Shown: piece after piece, positions 19,959-29,337 of the stretch
Numbering within the stretch: position 1 is the stretch's first letter
How the letters are laid out: every line of letters begins with the position of its first letter
The notes under the pieces: generated by a model
What the model was told of the DNA's origin: nothing
Database searches by the model: none
What the model saw: only the letters and a program-made list of their open reading frames with translations
Made by a program: the position numbers and the translations under genes
Assembly: GCA_964505635.1 (NCBI GenBank)
Contig: CAZDIP010000001.1
Coordinates: 222,412-286,411 of the forward strand
Reading direction: 5' to 3'
DNA: 64,000 nt
From: an uncultured Candidatus Saccharibacteria bacterium
GTDB lineage: Bacteria > Patescibacteriota > Doudnabacteria > UBA920

Positions 19959-20351
19959 ATGAACTCCAAAATACCGAATAAGAGCGGAAAAAATTTCGAT
20001 TTTAACAAAGTTATTCAATGGCTGGGCTTTATGCTCAGATGCCCGATTTGCGGATTTAAATATAATTTGGATCAAACCAAAATTATAGAAAGCGAACAAA
20101 ATGAAACCGTTGACGAAGCCAGGGTACTTATTCATTCTGACTGTATAAAATGCAAAAGTTCCGTTATATTTAACGTTGAAATTCATGGGCCGGAAGTTTT
20201 TAGTGTCGGGATGGTAACCGACCTAACCAGGCAAGACAGCCGAAAATTTAAATCCCAACCTTCAATTTCGGCCAATGATGTAATAAATATTCATAAAACG
20301 TTAAAAAAATTTAAGGGAGATTTTGTTTCGGCCTTAAATCCTAAAAAATAA
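19959..20351 (+). CDS. Hypothetical zinc-ribbon protein
   Basis: The pair CPICGF...CIKCKSS gives a C4 pattern. Confidence 0.4.
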   Translation: MNSKIPNKSGKNFDFNKVIQWLGFMLRCPICGFKYNLDQTKIIESEQNETVDEARVLIHSDCIKCKSSVIFNVEIHGPEVFSVGMVTDLTRQDSRKFKSQPSISANDVINIHKTLKKFKGDFVSALNPKK

Positions 20352-20376
20352 ACACGCATTTATAGAACACATAGCC

Positions 20377-20405
20377 TTGCCAAAACAGGGCTATTTTGTT
20401 ATAAT
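20377..20405 (+). promoter_or_regulatory. Promoter for rplY
   Basis: TTGCCA, a 17-nt spacer, then TGtTATAAT. It overlaps the hairpin terminator of the upstream gene. Confidence 0.55.
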
Positions 20406-20491
20406 GGTCAAGATTTAAATTTAAGGATTTGTGAGTAAATAATCTTAATAACGATTATTATGGGCGAATCCAAACAAAGGATAAGCAGAAC

Positions 20492-21169
20492 ATGGATAAA
20501 TTAACTTTGTCCGCAAAACCGCGCGACATCAAATCTGTAAAAATAAATAAAGCTAGAAAGGAAGGCTTAATACCCGCAGTCCTATATGGCAATAAGCTGT
20601 CCAACGCAAACCTATTTTTAAATAAAGGCGAATTTGAAAAAATCTTTAAAAAGGCGGGGGAAAGCACCATAATAAATCTGGTAACAGAGGCAGACAAAAA
20701 AACGCACAACGTACTTATTCAAGAAGTCCAGCACAACTACTTAACCCACGATATTCAACATGTTGATTTTTATGAAGTTAGCATGACCGAAAAGCTGAGA
20801 GCCAAAGTGGCTTTAGAATTCGTCGGTGAGTCTACTGCGGTAAAAAATTTGGGAGGGGTTTTAGTAAGAATTTTAAATGAAATAGAAGTGGAATGTTTGC
20901 CGGTAGATTTACCCCACAACATTGAGGTAAATATAAGTGCTTTAGCGACCCTAACAGATTCAATTCATATAAAGGATTTAAAAGTTCCCGAAAAAGTTAA
21001 AATTTTATCCAGCGCTGACGAAATTGTGGTCAAAGTTCAGCCGCCCAGAGACGTGGAAGCTGAACTTTCAGCTCCGGTTGTTGAGGATGTTAGTAAGGTA
21101 GAAGGCGCGGCCGAAGAAAAACCTGCAACGGAAGAAACCAAGCCTGAGACAAAAGACAAAAAAGAATAA
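20492..21169 (+). CDS. rplY: 50S ribosomal protein L25 / general stress protein Ctc form
   Basis: It has the L25 N-domain (KPRD...GLIPAVLYG) and the Ctc-type C-terminal domain with an acidic tail. Confidence 0.8.
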   Translation: MDKLTLSAKPRDIKSVKINKARKEGLIPAVLYGNKLSNANLFLNKGEFEKIFKKAGESTIINLVTEADKKTHNVLIQEVQHNYLTHDIQHVDFYEVSMTEKLRAKVALEFVGESTAVKNLGGVLVRILNEIEVECLPVDLPHNIEVNISALATLTDSIHIKDLKVPEKVKILSSADEIVVKVQPPRDVEAELSAPVVEDVSKVEGAAEEKPATEETKPETKDKKE

Positions 21170-21191
21170 CTATGCTACAAAACCCATCCGC

Positions 21192-22028
21192 CTAGGCGGG
21201 TGGGTTTTTAATTTCCACAAAGCGCCACAAATTCCCAAAATCTTTATAAAAAATTACTTTCCAACCAGGGAAAAATTTTTTTACAAGCTTGTGTAATTCG
21301 GCTTTTTGCCTCGGATCAAACTCCAGATAAATTTTAGATTCTGGATTTAAGATTTTTGATTGAGAAAGCTGTTTCAAAAATTTTTTTATTATACGCAAAC
21401 CATTTTCTTTTACAAAAATTGCATTTTTTGGCTCGTATTTCAAACCGCTCTTTAACTTTGCGTAGTCGGTAGCAGGCACATATGGTAGATTGGCGATTAA
21501 AATGTCAAATTTTCCTTTAAAATTATTTAATAAGTCCGATAAGACGAATCGGGCCTTGACTTTATGAGCCTTGGCATTTTGTTTTGCCACTTTTAATGCC
21601 GCTTTTGATATATCGCTTGCAATAATTTGAAATTTGATATCTAAAATTTGAAATTGTCTTGCAAGGGAAACTGCTATACACCCGCTGCCAGTACCCACAT
21701 CGAGAATTTTTACTGGCTTTTTACTACTCACTAACCGCTGCTCACTAACCACTTTTTCTACCATCTCTTCTGTCTCGGGCCTGGGGATAAGCACATTCCT
21801 ATTCACTTTAAACCTAAGTCCCATAAAATCTTTATAGCCTAAAATATACGCCACAGGCTCGCCATTAAGCCTTCGCTTAACCATGCTTGATAAACTTTTT
21901 ACTTGATAACTTGATAACTTGCGCTCTGGCGCCAAATACAAAAACTCCTTAGGCTTTTTTAATACATGCGCCAAAAGGAGTTCGATTTCAATATTACTAT
22001 ATTTTTTAAAAATTTTCTTTATCGTCAC
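21192..22028 (-). CDS. prmC: Release factor glutamine N5-methyltransferase
   Basis: It has ILDVGTGSGCIA and the NLPYVP (NPPY-type) motif, and lies downstream of prfA. Confidence 0.8.
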   Translation of the reverse strand: MTIKKIFKKYSNIEIELLLAHVLKKPKEFLYLAPERKLSSYQVKSLSSMVKRRLNGEPVAYILGYKDFMGLRFKVNRNVLIPRPETEEMVEKVVSEQRLVSSKKPVKILDVGTGSGCIAVSLARQFQILDIKFQIIASDISKAALKVAKQNAKAHKVKARFVLSDLLNNFKGKFDILIANLPYVPATDYAKLKSGLKYEPKNAIFVKENGLRIIKKFLKQLSQSKILNPESKIYLEFDPRQKAELHKLVKKFFPGWKVIFYKDFGNLWRFVEIKNPPA

Positions 22029-22296
22029 CGCGGTTAAATTTGTCTCTTAAAATATCTACGAGCTTACTTTTTTCTCTAGGCAACCCTAAATGCTTAGAAC
22101 TGTTTCCCATATTTTGCCTGAAATCCGATAAATTATACCCAGTCACATGCCTAAACCAGTTGAACGCAGCCTCTTCTCCAGGCTGAGACTTAAACCCGCC
22201 TTTAGAATAATCTTCCAAAGCCTTTCTTACATAAAAACTTAGCAATAACAACTCTTTTGTGCTTAAATCAACAATATCCGCTTTTGTAAGAAGCAT
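22006..22296 (-). CDS. Hypothetical small protein inserted between prfA and prmC
   Basis: A 96-aa ORF with no motifs. Its stop overlaps the prmC start. Confidence 0.3.
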   Translation of the reverse strand: MLLTKADIVDLSTKELLLLSFYVRKALEDYSKGGFKSQPGEEAAFNWFRHVTGYNLSDFRQNMGNSSKHLGLPREKSKLVDILRDKFNRGDDKENF

Positions 22297-22411
22297 ATTT
22301 CTTGCAAAAGCTAAATTTATTCCCTGCTTATCGCCTTTTTAAAGTTGATCAAGGCTTTTGATAATATTATCCGATAATTTATCGTAAGAATCATGATCAA
22401 ATTTAGACATT

Positions 22412-23470
22412 TTATTTCTTTAACGCTTCTTTTTTTAATTCCAAATCCGCTTTTTGCAAGGCGGTTATAATGGGGGAGAGCTTGCCTTCCATTATTAAAT
22501 TAATCTGGTTAAAATTTTGGTTTATGCGGTGGTCGGTAACGCGGTCTTGGGGGAAATTATAAGTGCGGATTTTTTCACTTCTGTCGCCGGTCCCAATTTG
22601 CGACTTTGTCATATTGCGGATTTTAGCGTTCTCAATTTCCGCGAAATGCGCGGCTACGCGGGAGCGAATAACCGCTAAAGCCTTTTCGCGATTTTGCGCC
22701 TGGCTTCTTTCGTCCTGGCATTGGGCAGTTATGCCGGTTGGAATATGCAAAATGCGGATGGCGGAATAGGTAGTGTTTACGCTTTGCCCGCCGTGGCCCG
22801 AGGAAGTAGTGGCTTCTATTTTTAAGTCTTTTTGGTCAATTTTATAATCATTTTCTTCCAGTTCCGGCAAAACTGCCACGGTAATTGTTGAAGTATGGAC
22901 TCGGCCAGACTTTTCCGTTTCCGGCACCCTCTGAACTCTATGCACGCCAGACTCGTATTTAAATGCTCCATAAGCGCCACTGCCTGAAATTTCGGCAATC
23001 ACTTCTTTAAACCCGCCCGCGTCATTGCGGTTTGAAGACACCGCGTGAAGCTTGAATCCCTGTTCTTCCGCGAATTTCCCCAGCGCCCTAAAGTATTCAG
23101 CGGCAAAAAGCCCTGCTTCGTCCCCGCCAGCACCCGCCCGGATTTCCACAAGAGCGTCTTTTTCATCGTTCGGATCTTTCGGCAATAAAAATTCCTCAAT
23201 TTGTTCTTTTGTCTTAATTATCTCCGCGTTCAGCCTTTTTATTTCTTCCTCAGCCATTTGTCTAATTTCCCCGTTCTGATCCTGCAAAAGCTTTTGGTTA
23301 TCGAGAAGTTCTTTTTCGCTTAATTCATAATTCTTAATACTCGCTACTACGGGCCCTAACGCCGCCTGCCTTTTTCCCAATTTAGCCAAATCTAAACCCG
23401 CCCGGCCGCTGGACATTTCCTCGGTCAGCTGGTTATATTCGTCTAAAATTTTTTGAAAAGCCAATTCCAT
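22412..23470 (-). CDS. prfA: Peptide chain release factor 1
   Basis: It has the GGQ motif (SGHGGQSVNTT) and a PxT-type domain 2. Confidence 0.9.
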   Translation of the reverse strand: MELAFQKILDEYNQLTEEMSSGRAGLDLAKLGKRQAALGPVVASIKNYELSEKELLDNQKLLQDQNGEIRQMAEEEIKRLNAEIIKTKEQIEEFLLPKDPNDEKDALVEIRAGAGGDEAGLFAAEYFRALGKFAEEQGFKLHAVSSNRNDAGGFKEVIAEISGSGAYGAFKYESGVHRVQRVPETEKSGRVHTSTITVAVLPELEENDYKIDQKDLKIEATTSSGHGGQSVNTTYSAIRILHIPTGITAQCQDERSQAQNREKALAVIRSRVAAHFAEIENAKIRNMTKSQIGTGDRSEKIRTYNFPQDRVTDHRINQNFNQINLIMEGKLSPIITALQKADLELKKEALKK

Positions 23471-23569
23471 AAAAAGACTAAAGTATTATGTATTTAGTAT
23501 AAAGTATAAAAGGATAAAACAAAACCATCCAAAAGACTGATTAGGATGGCTTGTTAAACAATACTCTAA

Positions 23570-23836
23570 CTATTTAGTTTTAGAGACCCTGGCTTTACGG
23601 GGCTTTTTTGTTTTTGCGGCTGACTTGATAGAAGCAGCGGTAGCAGCGCGTTTTTTAAATTTGTCTATGCTGCCGGCAGTATCAAGCAATTTTTGCTTGC
23701 CGGTATAAAAAGGGTGGCACTGGCTGCAAACTTCGGTACGCAGCTCTTTTAAAGTAGACCCGGTTTGAAAACTGTTTCCGCAAGCGCAGCTCACCTGGGC
23801 GGACATATTGTATTGTGGATGAATATTTTCCTTCAT
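23570..23836 (-). CDS. rpmE: 50S ribosomal protein L31 with Lys-rich C-terminal extension
   Basis: The sequence MKENIHPQY...CxC...[12 protein letters not shown] is a typical L31. Confidence 0.8.
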   Translation of the reverse strand: MKENIHPQYNMSAQVSCACGNSFQTGSTLKELRTEVCSQCHPFYTGKQKLLDTAGSIDKFKKRAATAASIKSAAKTKKPRKARVSKTK

Positions 23837-23936
23837 AAAAACTATTTTTTGCCTGAATTATGCCAAAAATTCACAGGAATAAATTTGGAAATACTGTAAA
23901 CTCAAGGCTTTAATACTTACAGTATTTTAAGGCTTC

Positions 23937-23965
23937 TTGCCTTTTTCGTCAAGAGGTGTTATAAT
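23937..23965 (+). promoter_or_regulatory. Promoter for rpsB-tsf
   Basis: TTGCCT, a 17-nt spacer, then TGtTATAAT. A leader of about 115 nt carrying a hairpin follows. Confidence 0.5.
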
Positions 23966-24082
23966 TTTTGTAATATTAATTAAGCACACCCTAAAATCTT
24001 TCCTGTTTTAAAAGCCTGAGGGCTATTTTAAAATCAAGATGGGGTGGAAGCATCCTAAATTCTAGGATAAGGAAGGAAATTT

Positions 24083-24796
24083 ATGAAAGATATAAGTCTT
24101 TTAGACTTGCTCAAAAGCGGCGCGCATTTCGGCCATACCACTTCCAGATGGAATCCGAAAATGAAACCCTATATTTTTACTACTCGCAACAACATACATA
24201 TTCTGGACTTGGAAAAAACCCGTATCTGCCTTTTAAAAGCCATGGAGTTTGCAAAACAACTTAGCTCCAAAGGCGGCAGCGTTTTGTTTGTAGGCACTAA
24301 AAAACAGACCAAAGAGATAATAAAACAGGCTGCTTTAAACTCAAATAGCCCGTTCGTAAATGTCCGTTGGCTCGGAGGAACTTTTACCAACTTTAGGACC
24401 ATTCAAAAAACCATAAGGAAATTAGAACGTCTGGAAAATTTAAAAGCCTCGGGTGACTTAGAAAGCCGCTACACTAAAAAAGAAGCCTTAATGATAATAA
24501 GAGAGATAGAAAAACTAAAAAAGCTTTTTGAAGGCATACAAAACATGAAAAAATTGCCGGAAGCCATTTTTGTAACCGATGTCAAACATGATTCAATAGC
24601 CGTTAAAGAAGCTAAAAAAAGCGGGGTAAAAATCATAGGCATAGTAGATAGCAATTCCAGCCCCGAATATGTTGATTACCCAATACCCTGCAACGACGAC
24701 GCAACAAAAGCCATTGAACTTTTGAGCAACGCTATGTCAGAAGCCGTTACCGAAGGTAATCAAACCCAAGTGGTCGTAAAAGAAGAAACCAAATAA
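24083..24796 (+). CDS. rpsB: 30S ribosomal protein S2
   Basis: It shows full-length S2 similarity (GAHFGH, rpsB-tsf gene order). Confidence 0.9.
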   Translation: MKDISLLDLLKSGAHFGHTTSRWNPKMKPYIFTTRNNIHILDLEKTRICLLKAMEFAKQLSSKGGSVLFVGTKKQTKEIIKQAALNSNSPFVNVRWLGGTFTNFRTIQKTIRKLERLENLKASGDLESRYTKKEALMIIREIEKLKKLFEGIQNMKKLPEAIFVTDVKHDSIAVKEAKKSGVKIIGIVDSNSSPEYVDYPIPCNDDATKAIELLSNAMSEAVTEGNQTQVVVKEETK

Positions 24797-24828
24797 TTAA
24801 GGAGCTTGTATTTTAATTAAATAAACAT

Positions 24829-25422
24829 ATGTCTAACGATATTTTAAAAGAGATTCGGGAACTAACAGGGGCCGGGATTCTGGAAATAAAAAACGCCCTA
24901 AGCGAAAGCGGGCAAAATAAAGAAAAGGCGATTGAGCTTTTAAGAAAAAAAGGCGCGCTAAAAGCCGGAAAAAAAGCCGACAGGGTAGCCAAAGAGGGGA
25001 TTGTGGAAAGTTATATTCACCCCGGCGGAAGAGTTGGCGTGTTGCTGGAATTAAATTGCGAAACTGACTTTGTGGCCAGAACTGACGATTTTAAACAGCT
25101 TGCCAAAGACCTAGTCATTCATATTGCGGCTGCTAACCCGATTTATGTCCAAATTTCTGACGTTCCGGCTGAAGTCATAGAAAAAGAGAAAGAAATTTAT
25201 AAAGAACAAGCCAAGGCTGACGGCAAAGCTAAATCTGATGATATAATAAATAAAATGCTGGAAGGCAAGATTGCCAAATATTACGAAGAAGCCTGTTTAA
25301 TGGAGCAACCTTTCGTAAAAAACCCGGATATAAAAGTTAAAGACCTGCTTGCCCAGGCCATTTCTAAAACCGGAGAAAATTTGGTTGTTAAAAGATTTGC
25401 GAGATTTATCTTGGGTAACTAA
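24829..25422 (+). CDS. tsf: Elongation factor Ts (short form)
   Basis: It has the UBA-like N-terminus LRELTGAGILEIKNAL and lies downstream of rpsB. Confidence 0.85.
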   Translation: MSNDILKEIRELTGAGILEIKNALSESGQNKEKAIELLRKKGALKAGKKADRVAKEGIVESYIHPGGRVGVLLELNCETDFVARTDDFKQLAKDLVIHIAAANPIYVQISDVPAEVIEKEKEIYKEQAKADGKAKSDDIINKMLEGKIAKYYEEACLMEQPFVKNPDIKVKDLLAQAISKTGENLVVKRFARFILGN

Positions 25423-25484
25423 AAACAATTAACAAATAACTACCGCCCTTTTAGGGCTATAAGTTATTGGCCTTAGGTTGACGC

Positions 25485-26294
25485 TTGAGTTATCAAATGC
25501 TGCCAAATCTTATATTTCTGTTTTCAATTCTGGGAATTATCCTTCTGATTTTAAGGCGCTTGCCTCAAGCCGATAAAATTAACGAGCCAGAAACAGTAAC
25601 GCCCGAAAAACTCCTGTTCGCCAAGGGTTTGCCTGCCGAAGCCATCTCTAAAACCAAGGGTGCCATAAAATTATGGCTGAAAAAAATTTGGAATTTTATT
25701 TTAGAAGCAAAAGACCTAAAGCCTGCTAACCCCGTTGGGTATAGAATCAAGCAAATTTTCCACGCAAGCCGACCGGTCAAGCAACACAAGACAGATATAA
25801 GCCTTACCCAACCACAACAACAGGCACCTAGGCAAGATGAGGCATATTTTTTTGAACTGATAAAAACCCAGCCTAAAAATTTATCCAACTATAACTTGCT
25901 TGGAAAATATTATCTGGAAAATCAAAATTTTGCCGATGGTAAAGACATATACTTATACTTAAGCAACCACGAGCCCACGAATCCTGAATACTTGGGCAGG
26001 TTAGCATACAGCTGTTACAAGCTTGGGCAGTACGAACAAGCAGCGGATTACTATTCTAAATCTTTGGCTCTTGATTCAATCCAGCCAAACCGCTATTATA
26101 ACTTGGGTATTTGCATGCAGCATTTGGACAAAAACCAGGAAGCGATTGAGCCGTTTTATAAAGCCCTAGAACTGGATCCCCAAAACCCAAAATTTATAAA
26201 TACCCTGGCTAAAGCTTATGAAAAAATGAGTGAAAACGACAAAGCAGAAAAACTTTTTTTAAAGCTCAGGCAAATACAAACAAGTGAAGAATAA
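25485..26294 (+). CDS. TPR-repeat protein with N-terminal TM anchor
   Basis: It has an N-terminal hydrophobic helix and several TPR-like repeats (YYNLGICMQ, FYKALELDP). Confidence 0.5.
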   Translation: MSYQMLPNLIFLFSILGIILLILRRLPQADKINEPETVTPEKLLFAKGLPAEAISKTKGAIKLWLKKIWNFILEAKDLKPANPVGYRIKQIFHASRPVKQHKTDISLTQPQQQAPRQDEAYFFELIKTQPKNLSNYNLLGKYYLENQNFADGKDIYLYLSNHEPTNPEYLGRLAYSCYKLGQYEQAADYYSKSLALDSIQPNRYYNLGICMQHLDKNQEAIEPFYKALELDPQNPKFINTLAKAYEKMSENDKAEKLFLKLRQIQTSEE

Positions 26295-26315
26295 ATAAAC
26301 CCGCCAACTTTTGGT

Positions 26316-26391
26316 GCCGATGTAGCTCAGCTGGTAGAGCATCTCCATGGTAAGGAGAAGGTCTCCGGTTCAATCCCGGACATCGGCTCCA
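26316..26391 (+). tRNA. tRNA-Thr (GGU), CCA encoded
   Basis: A canonical cloverleaf: acceptor GCCGATG/CATCGGC, anticodon loop ATGGTAA, T-loop TTCAATC. An 8-bp long-range inverted repeat flanks it (cccgccaa 26301 / ttggcggg 26397). Confidence 0.9.
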
Positions 26392-26471
26392 GAAAATTGG
26401 CGGGTTTTTGTTTTTGTTGTATAATTCATTCATACGGCTCGCATGCCAAATAAACTTTAATTTTATAAAAT

Positions 26472-26990
26472 ATGGAGAATAATGATTTATTTCATAAAAA
26501 ATATTTGGGTGAATTCGTATACGGCGCAATGGACGGCACAGTTACGACTTTTGCCGTTGTGGCTGGCTCCATAGGCGCTTCTTTAAGCCCGACTATTGTT
26601 TTAATTTTAGGTTTTGCGAACCTTTTCGCGGACGGCTTTTCCATGGCCGCTTCCAACTACCTTTCTACTCAATCAAAAAACGATCTGCAAAACATTCAGG
26701 AAGAAAGTCCAATAAAAACCGCTCTGGCAACTTTTGTTTCTTTTATAACAGTAGGTTTTATACCTTTGTTTTCATTTGTAGTGTCGGCTACTAACTCAAA
26801 TACTGACAAGTGGACATTTAAACTTTCCATAATTTTAACCGGTGTTGCTTTTTTGCTAATAGGATTTGTGAAAGGTAAAGTCTCCGGCCGAGGGCCGGTT
26901 CGTTCCGCTTTGGAAACGCTTTTAATTGGCATGCTCGCGGCAAGCATAGCCTATGGCGTTGGAGTTTACCTTAGAATGCTTGTTGGGTAG
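26472..26990 (+). CDS. VIT1/CCC1-family (DUF125) membrane protein, putative Fe/Mn transporter
   Basis: It has the GAMDG motif and several TM segments. Confidence 0.6.
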   Translation: MENNDLFHKKYLGEFVYGAMDGTVTTFAVVAGSIGASLSPTIVLILGFANLFADGFSMAASNYLSTQSKNDLQNIQEESPIKTALATFVSFITVGFIPLFSFVVSATNSNTDKWTFKLSIILTGVAFLLIGFVKGKVSGRGPVRSALETLLIGMLAASIAYGVGVYLRMLVG

Positions 26991-26994
26991 TCAT

Positions 26995-27038
26995 ATTACC
27001 AAAATTAAAATACCGCAATGCTTGCGGTATTTTAATTT
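26995..27038. terminator. Bidirectional hairpin terminator (VIT gene / tRNA-Tyr)
   Basis: The stem taccgcaa/ttgcggta is flanked by A and T runs. Confidence 0.55.
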
Positions 27039-27123
27039 TGGTGGGCGGTGCAGGACTCGAACCTGCGAAGCCGTAAGGCACCTGATTTACAGTCAGGTGT
27101 AATTGCCGCTATACGAACCGCCC
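27039..27123 (-). tRNA. tRNA-Tyr (GUA), type II with long variable arm, CCA encoded
   Basis: The reverse complement gives acceptor GGGCGGT/ACCGCCC, anticodon loop CTGTAAA, a 14-nt variable arm and T-loop TTCGAGT. Confidence 0.85.
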
Positions 27124-27926
27124 ATACTTGTAAATTTTTTAAGTCTCTCTTCGTGTTTTTTGTTCTTAAAACCTATCTCGGTGATATATTTATTTATGTC
27201 CGATTTTCTGGTTAAGTATACACTATGTACACTAATTTTGGAAGGGCTGAAGTTTAGGTTTAAAAATGCCTGTCTAACATCCGCGAGCAGAAGTTTTGAA
27301 AGGTTGGAAAAAGAAATTTGTACCCCTTTATGCATTTTATAGACCGATCCGTCCGTATCGATTAAACCCCTTAAAACAGATTTTAAATATACTTTCCTCT
27401 TAAAAATCCAGGCAGGTATTTTAACCTGTGATTTGGTTTTATTATGAGCCATCCCTTGCCCTAAAAGCCATTTAACCGCTACTGAAGAGCCAAAATACAC
27501 AACTTGGTCGCCCCTTTTAGTGATAATTGTTTTTGGCTTTGAATTAAATACCTTTTTCATTAATTCTGAAACATGCGGGGCATACTTATCTTTTGTGCCT
27601 AACGTAACCGTGACTTGGGTTTTAGTAATATGACCGTCTCCTAAAATTATGCCTATTAATTCAGCTAAATCGCCGGAATATTTTTTTGGCAAAATAATAT
27701 TTTTATTTATATTATTATATCCGGCTTTTTTATCACGTAAAGTTTTTATATTTAGCCTAACTAATCTGTCATAAACGCTATTCTCTGCTAAGTCTAATAT
27801 TTTTGCAATCTCGTTTATGGCTTTATTTTGTTTGACATATAGAAATACAAGCTGTTGCTTGTTTTTTAAACATTCTTGTCTTGTCCATTTTCTGGCCATA
27901 TTTAGATAATATGTAAAAATTGACAT
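27093..27926 (-). CDS. LAGLIDADG homing endonuclease with N-terminal HTH domain (free-standing)
   Basis: It has two LAGLIDADG motifs (LIGIILGDGHI, LRGLIDTDGSV) and an N-terminal HTH (AINEIAKILDLAENSVYDRL). The 3' end overlaps the first 31 nt of tRNA-Tyr. Confidence 0.75.
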   Translation of the reverse strand: MSIFTYYLNMARKWTRQECLKNKQQLVFLYVKQNKAINEIAKILDLAENSVYDRLVRLNIKTLRDKKAGYNNINKNIILPKKYSGDLAELIGIILGDGHITKTQVTVTLGTKDKYAPHVSELMKKVFNSKPKTIITKRGDQVVYFGSSVAVKWLLGQGMAHNKTKSQVKIPAWIFKRKVYLKSVLRGLIDTDGSVYKMHKGVQISFSNLSKLLLADVRQAFLNLNFSPSKISVHSVYLTRKSDINKYITEIGFKNKKHEERLKKFTSMGGSYSGNYT

Positions 27927-28077
27927 TTCGTCAAATTTTTAATTAACCACTTCGGTATATTAATATCTTTCCTCTACTGACTCGTTTTGCATACAAAGAA
28001 AGCCATCCTGCCTAAAGTCCAGAGTGTGTTAAATTTTCTACAAAATATTATCTCTTACATTCTAAATCCTAAATTTT

Positions 28078-29334
28078 TTACGTTCCTTCCTGCCATGAGG
28101 CCAAATACTTTTTTTGCGCCGGGGTGAGTTCGTCTATTTTTATGTTCATAGCCACAAGCTTTAACCTTGAAACTTTCTCGTCAATTTCTTTGGGCACATC
28201 GTGCACTTTACCTTTTTCAAGTTCTTGATGATGCTTAGCCAGCCATTCGCACATTAAGGCCTGGTCGGCAAAACTTAAATCCATAACAGCGCTTGGGTGG
28301 CCTTCGGCTGCGGCCAAGTTCATTAAACGGCCTTCGCCAATAAGATAGATCTTTCGTCCATCTTTCACGGAGTATTCATGAAGATTAGGCCTTACTTCCT
28401 TATCGCTTGTCGCTAATCGCTCTAAATCTTTCTGATTTATTTCCACATTAAAATGCCCGCTATTGCCTAAAATAGCCCCGTCTTTCATAACAGCCATATG
28501 CTCTTTTACAATTACGTCCTTATTGCCCGTGACTGTAATAAAGACATCGCCCAAGCGCGCGGCTTTAAGCATTGGCATAACTTCAAAACCATCCATGGCA
28601 GCCTGGAGAGCGGGGAGAGGGTCAATTTCTGTTACTATAACTTTTGCGCCCATACCTTTAGCCCTTAAAGCAATGCCTTTTCCGCAATAACCATAACCAG
28701 CCACAACCACAGTCTTGCCGGCAAGTAAAATATTGGTTGCCCTAAATAAGCTGTCTAAGGTAGACTGGCCGGTACCGTAATAGTTGTCGAACATGTGCTT
28801 AGTCGGCGTGTCGTTTATTGCTACTACCGGAAATTTTAATTTACCGTCTTTAGCCATAGCTTTAAGGCGTATAACTCCGGTGGTAGTCTCTTCCTGGCCG
28901 GAAAAAATTTCTTTAAGCTGGCTTTTGCGTTCTTTATGAAGGACAGAAATTAAGTCCGCGCCGTCGTCTACTATAATTTGCGGGTGGAAGTTTAAAACCT
29001 TGTTCACGCACCAATAGTATTTTTCATCGCTAATGCCGCGCCAGGCAAAAACGTTTATGCCTTCTTCAGCCAAAGCCGCGGCTACATCGTCCTGGGTGGA
29101 AAGGGGATTAGAACCGCATAGCGCGACTATAGCGCCGCCTGCTTTTAGAGCTTTCATTAACACCGCGGTTTCTTTGGTTACATGCAAACAACAGGCAATT
29201 GTCAGGCCTTTGAAAGGCTGCTCTTTAGCAAATTCTTTTTTTACAATTTCTAAAACCGGCATTTCTTTTTCTGCAAGCGCGATTTTCATTTTACCCTGCT
29301 TGGCAAGAGAAGGATCTTTTACTTTAGATGACAT
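28078..29334 (-). CDS. ahcY: Adenosylhomocysteinase
   Basis: It shows full-length SAHH similarity, with an NAD-binding GxGxxG (VVAGYGYCGKG) and conserved catalytic segments. Confidence 0.9.
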   Translation of the reverse strand: MSSKVKDPSLAKQGKMKIALAEKEMPVLEIVKKEFAKEQPFKGLTIACCLHVTKETAVLMKALKAGGAIVALCGSNPLSTQDDVAAALAEEGINVFAWRGISDEKYYWCVNKVLNFHPQIIVDDGADLISVLHKERKSQLKEIFSGQEETTTGVIRLKAMAKDGKLKFPVVAINDTPTKHMFDNYYGTGQSTLDSLFRATNILLAGKTVVVAGYGYCGKGIALRAKGMGAKVIVTEIDPLPALQAAMDGFEVMPMLKAARLGDVFITVTGNKDVIVKEHMAVMKDGAILGNSGHFNVEINQKDLERLATSDKEVRPNLHEYSVKDGRKIYLIGEGRLMNLAAAEGHPSAVMDLSFADQALMCEWLAKHHQELEKGKVHDVPKEIDEKVSRLKLVAMNIKIDELTPAQKKYLASWQEGT

Positions 29335-29337
29335 AAA

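Noticed and set aside
26301-26404. Long-range inverted repeat (cccgccaa / ttggcggg) flanking tRNA-Thr(GGU) as a possible mobile-element boundary
   Set aside because: It is only 8 bp. It is more simply explained as a precursor processing stem plus the downstream T-rich terminator, though it is mentioned in the feature evidence.
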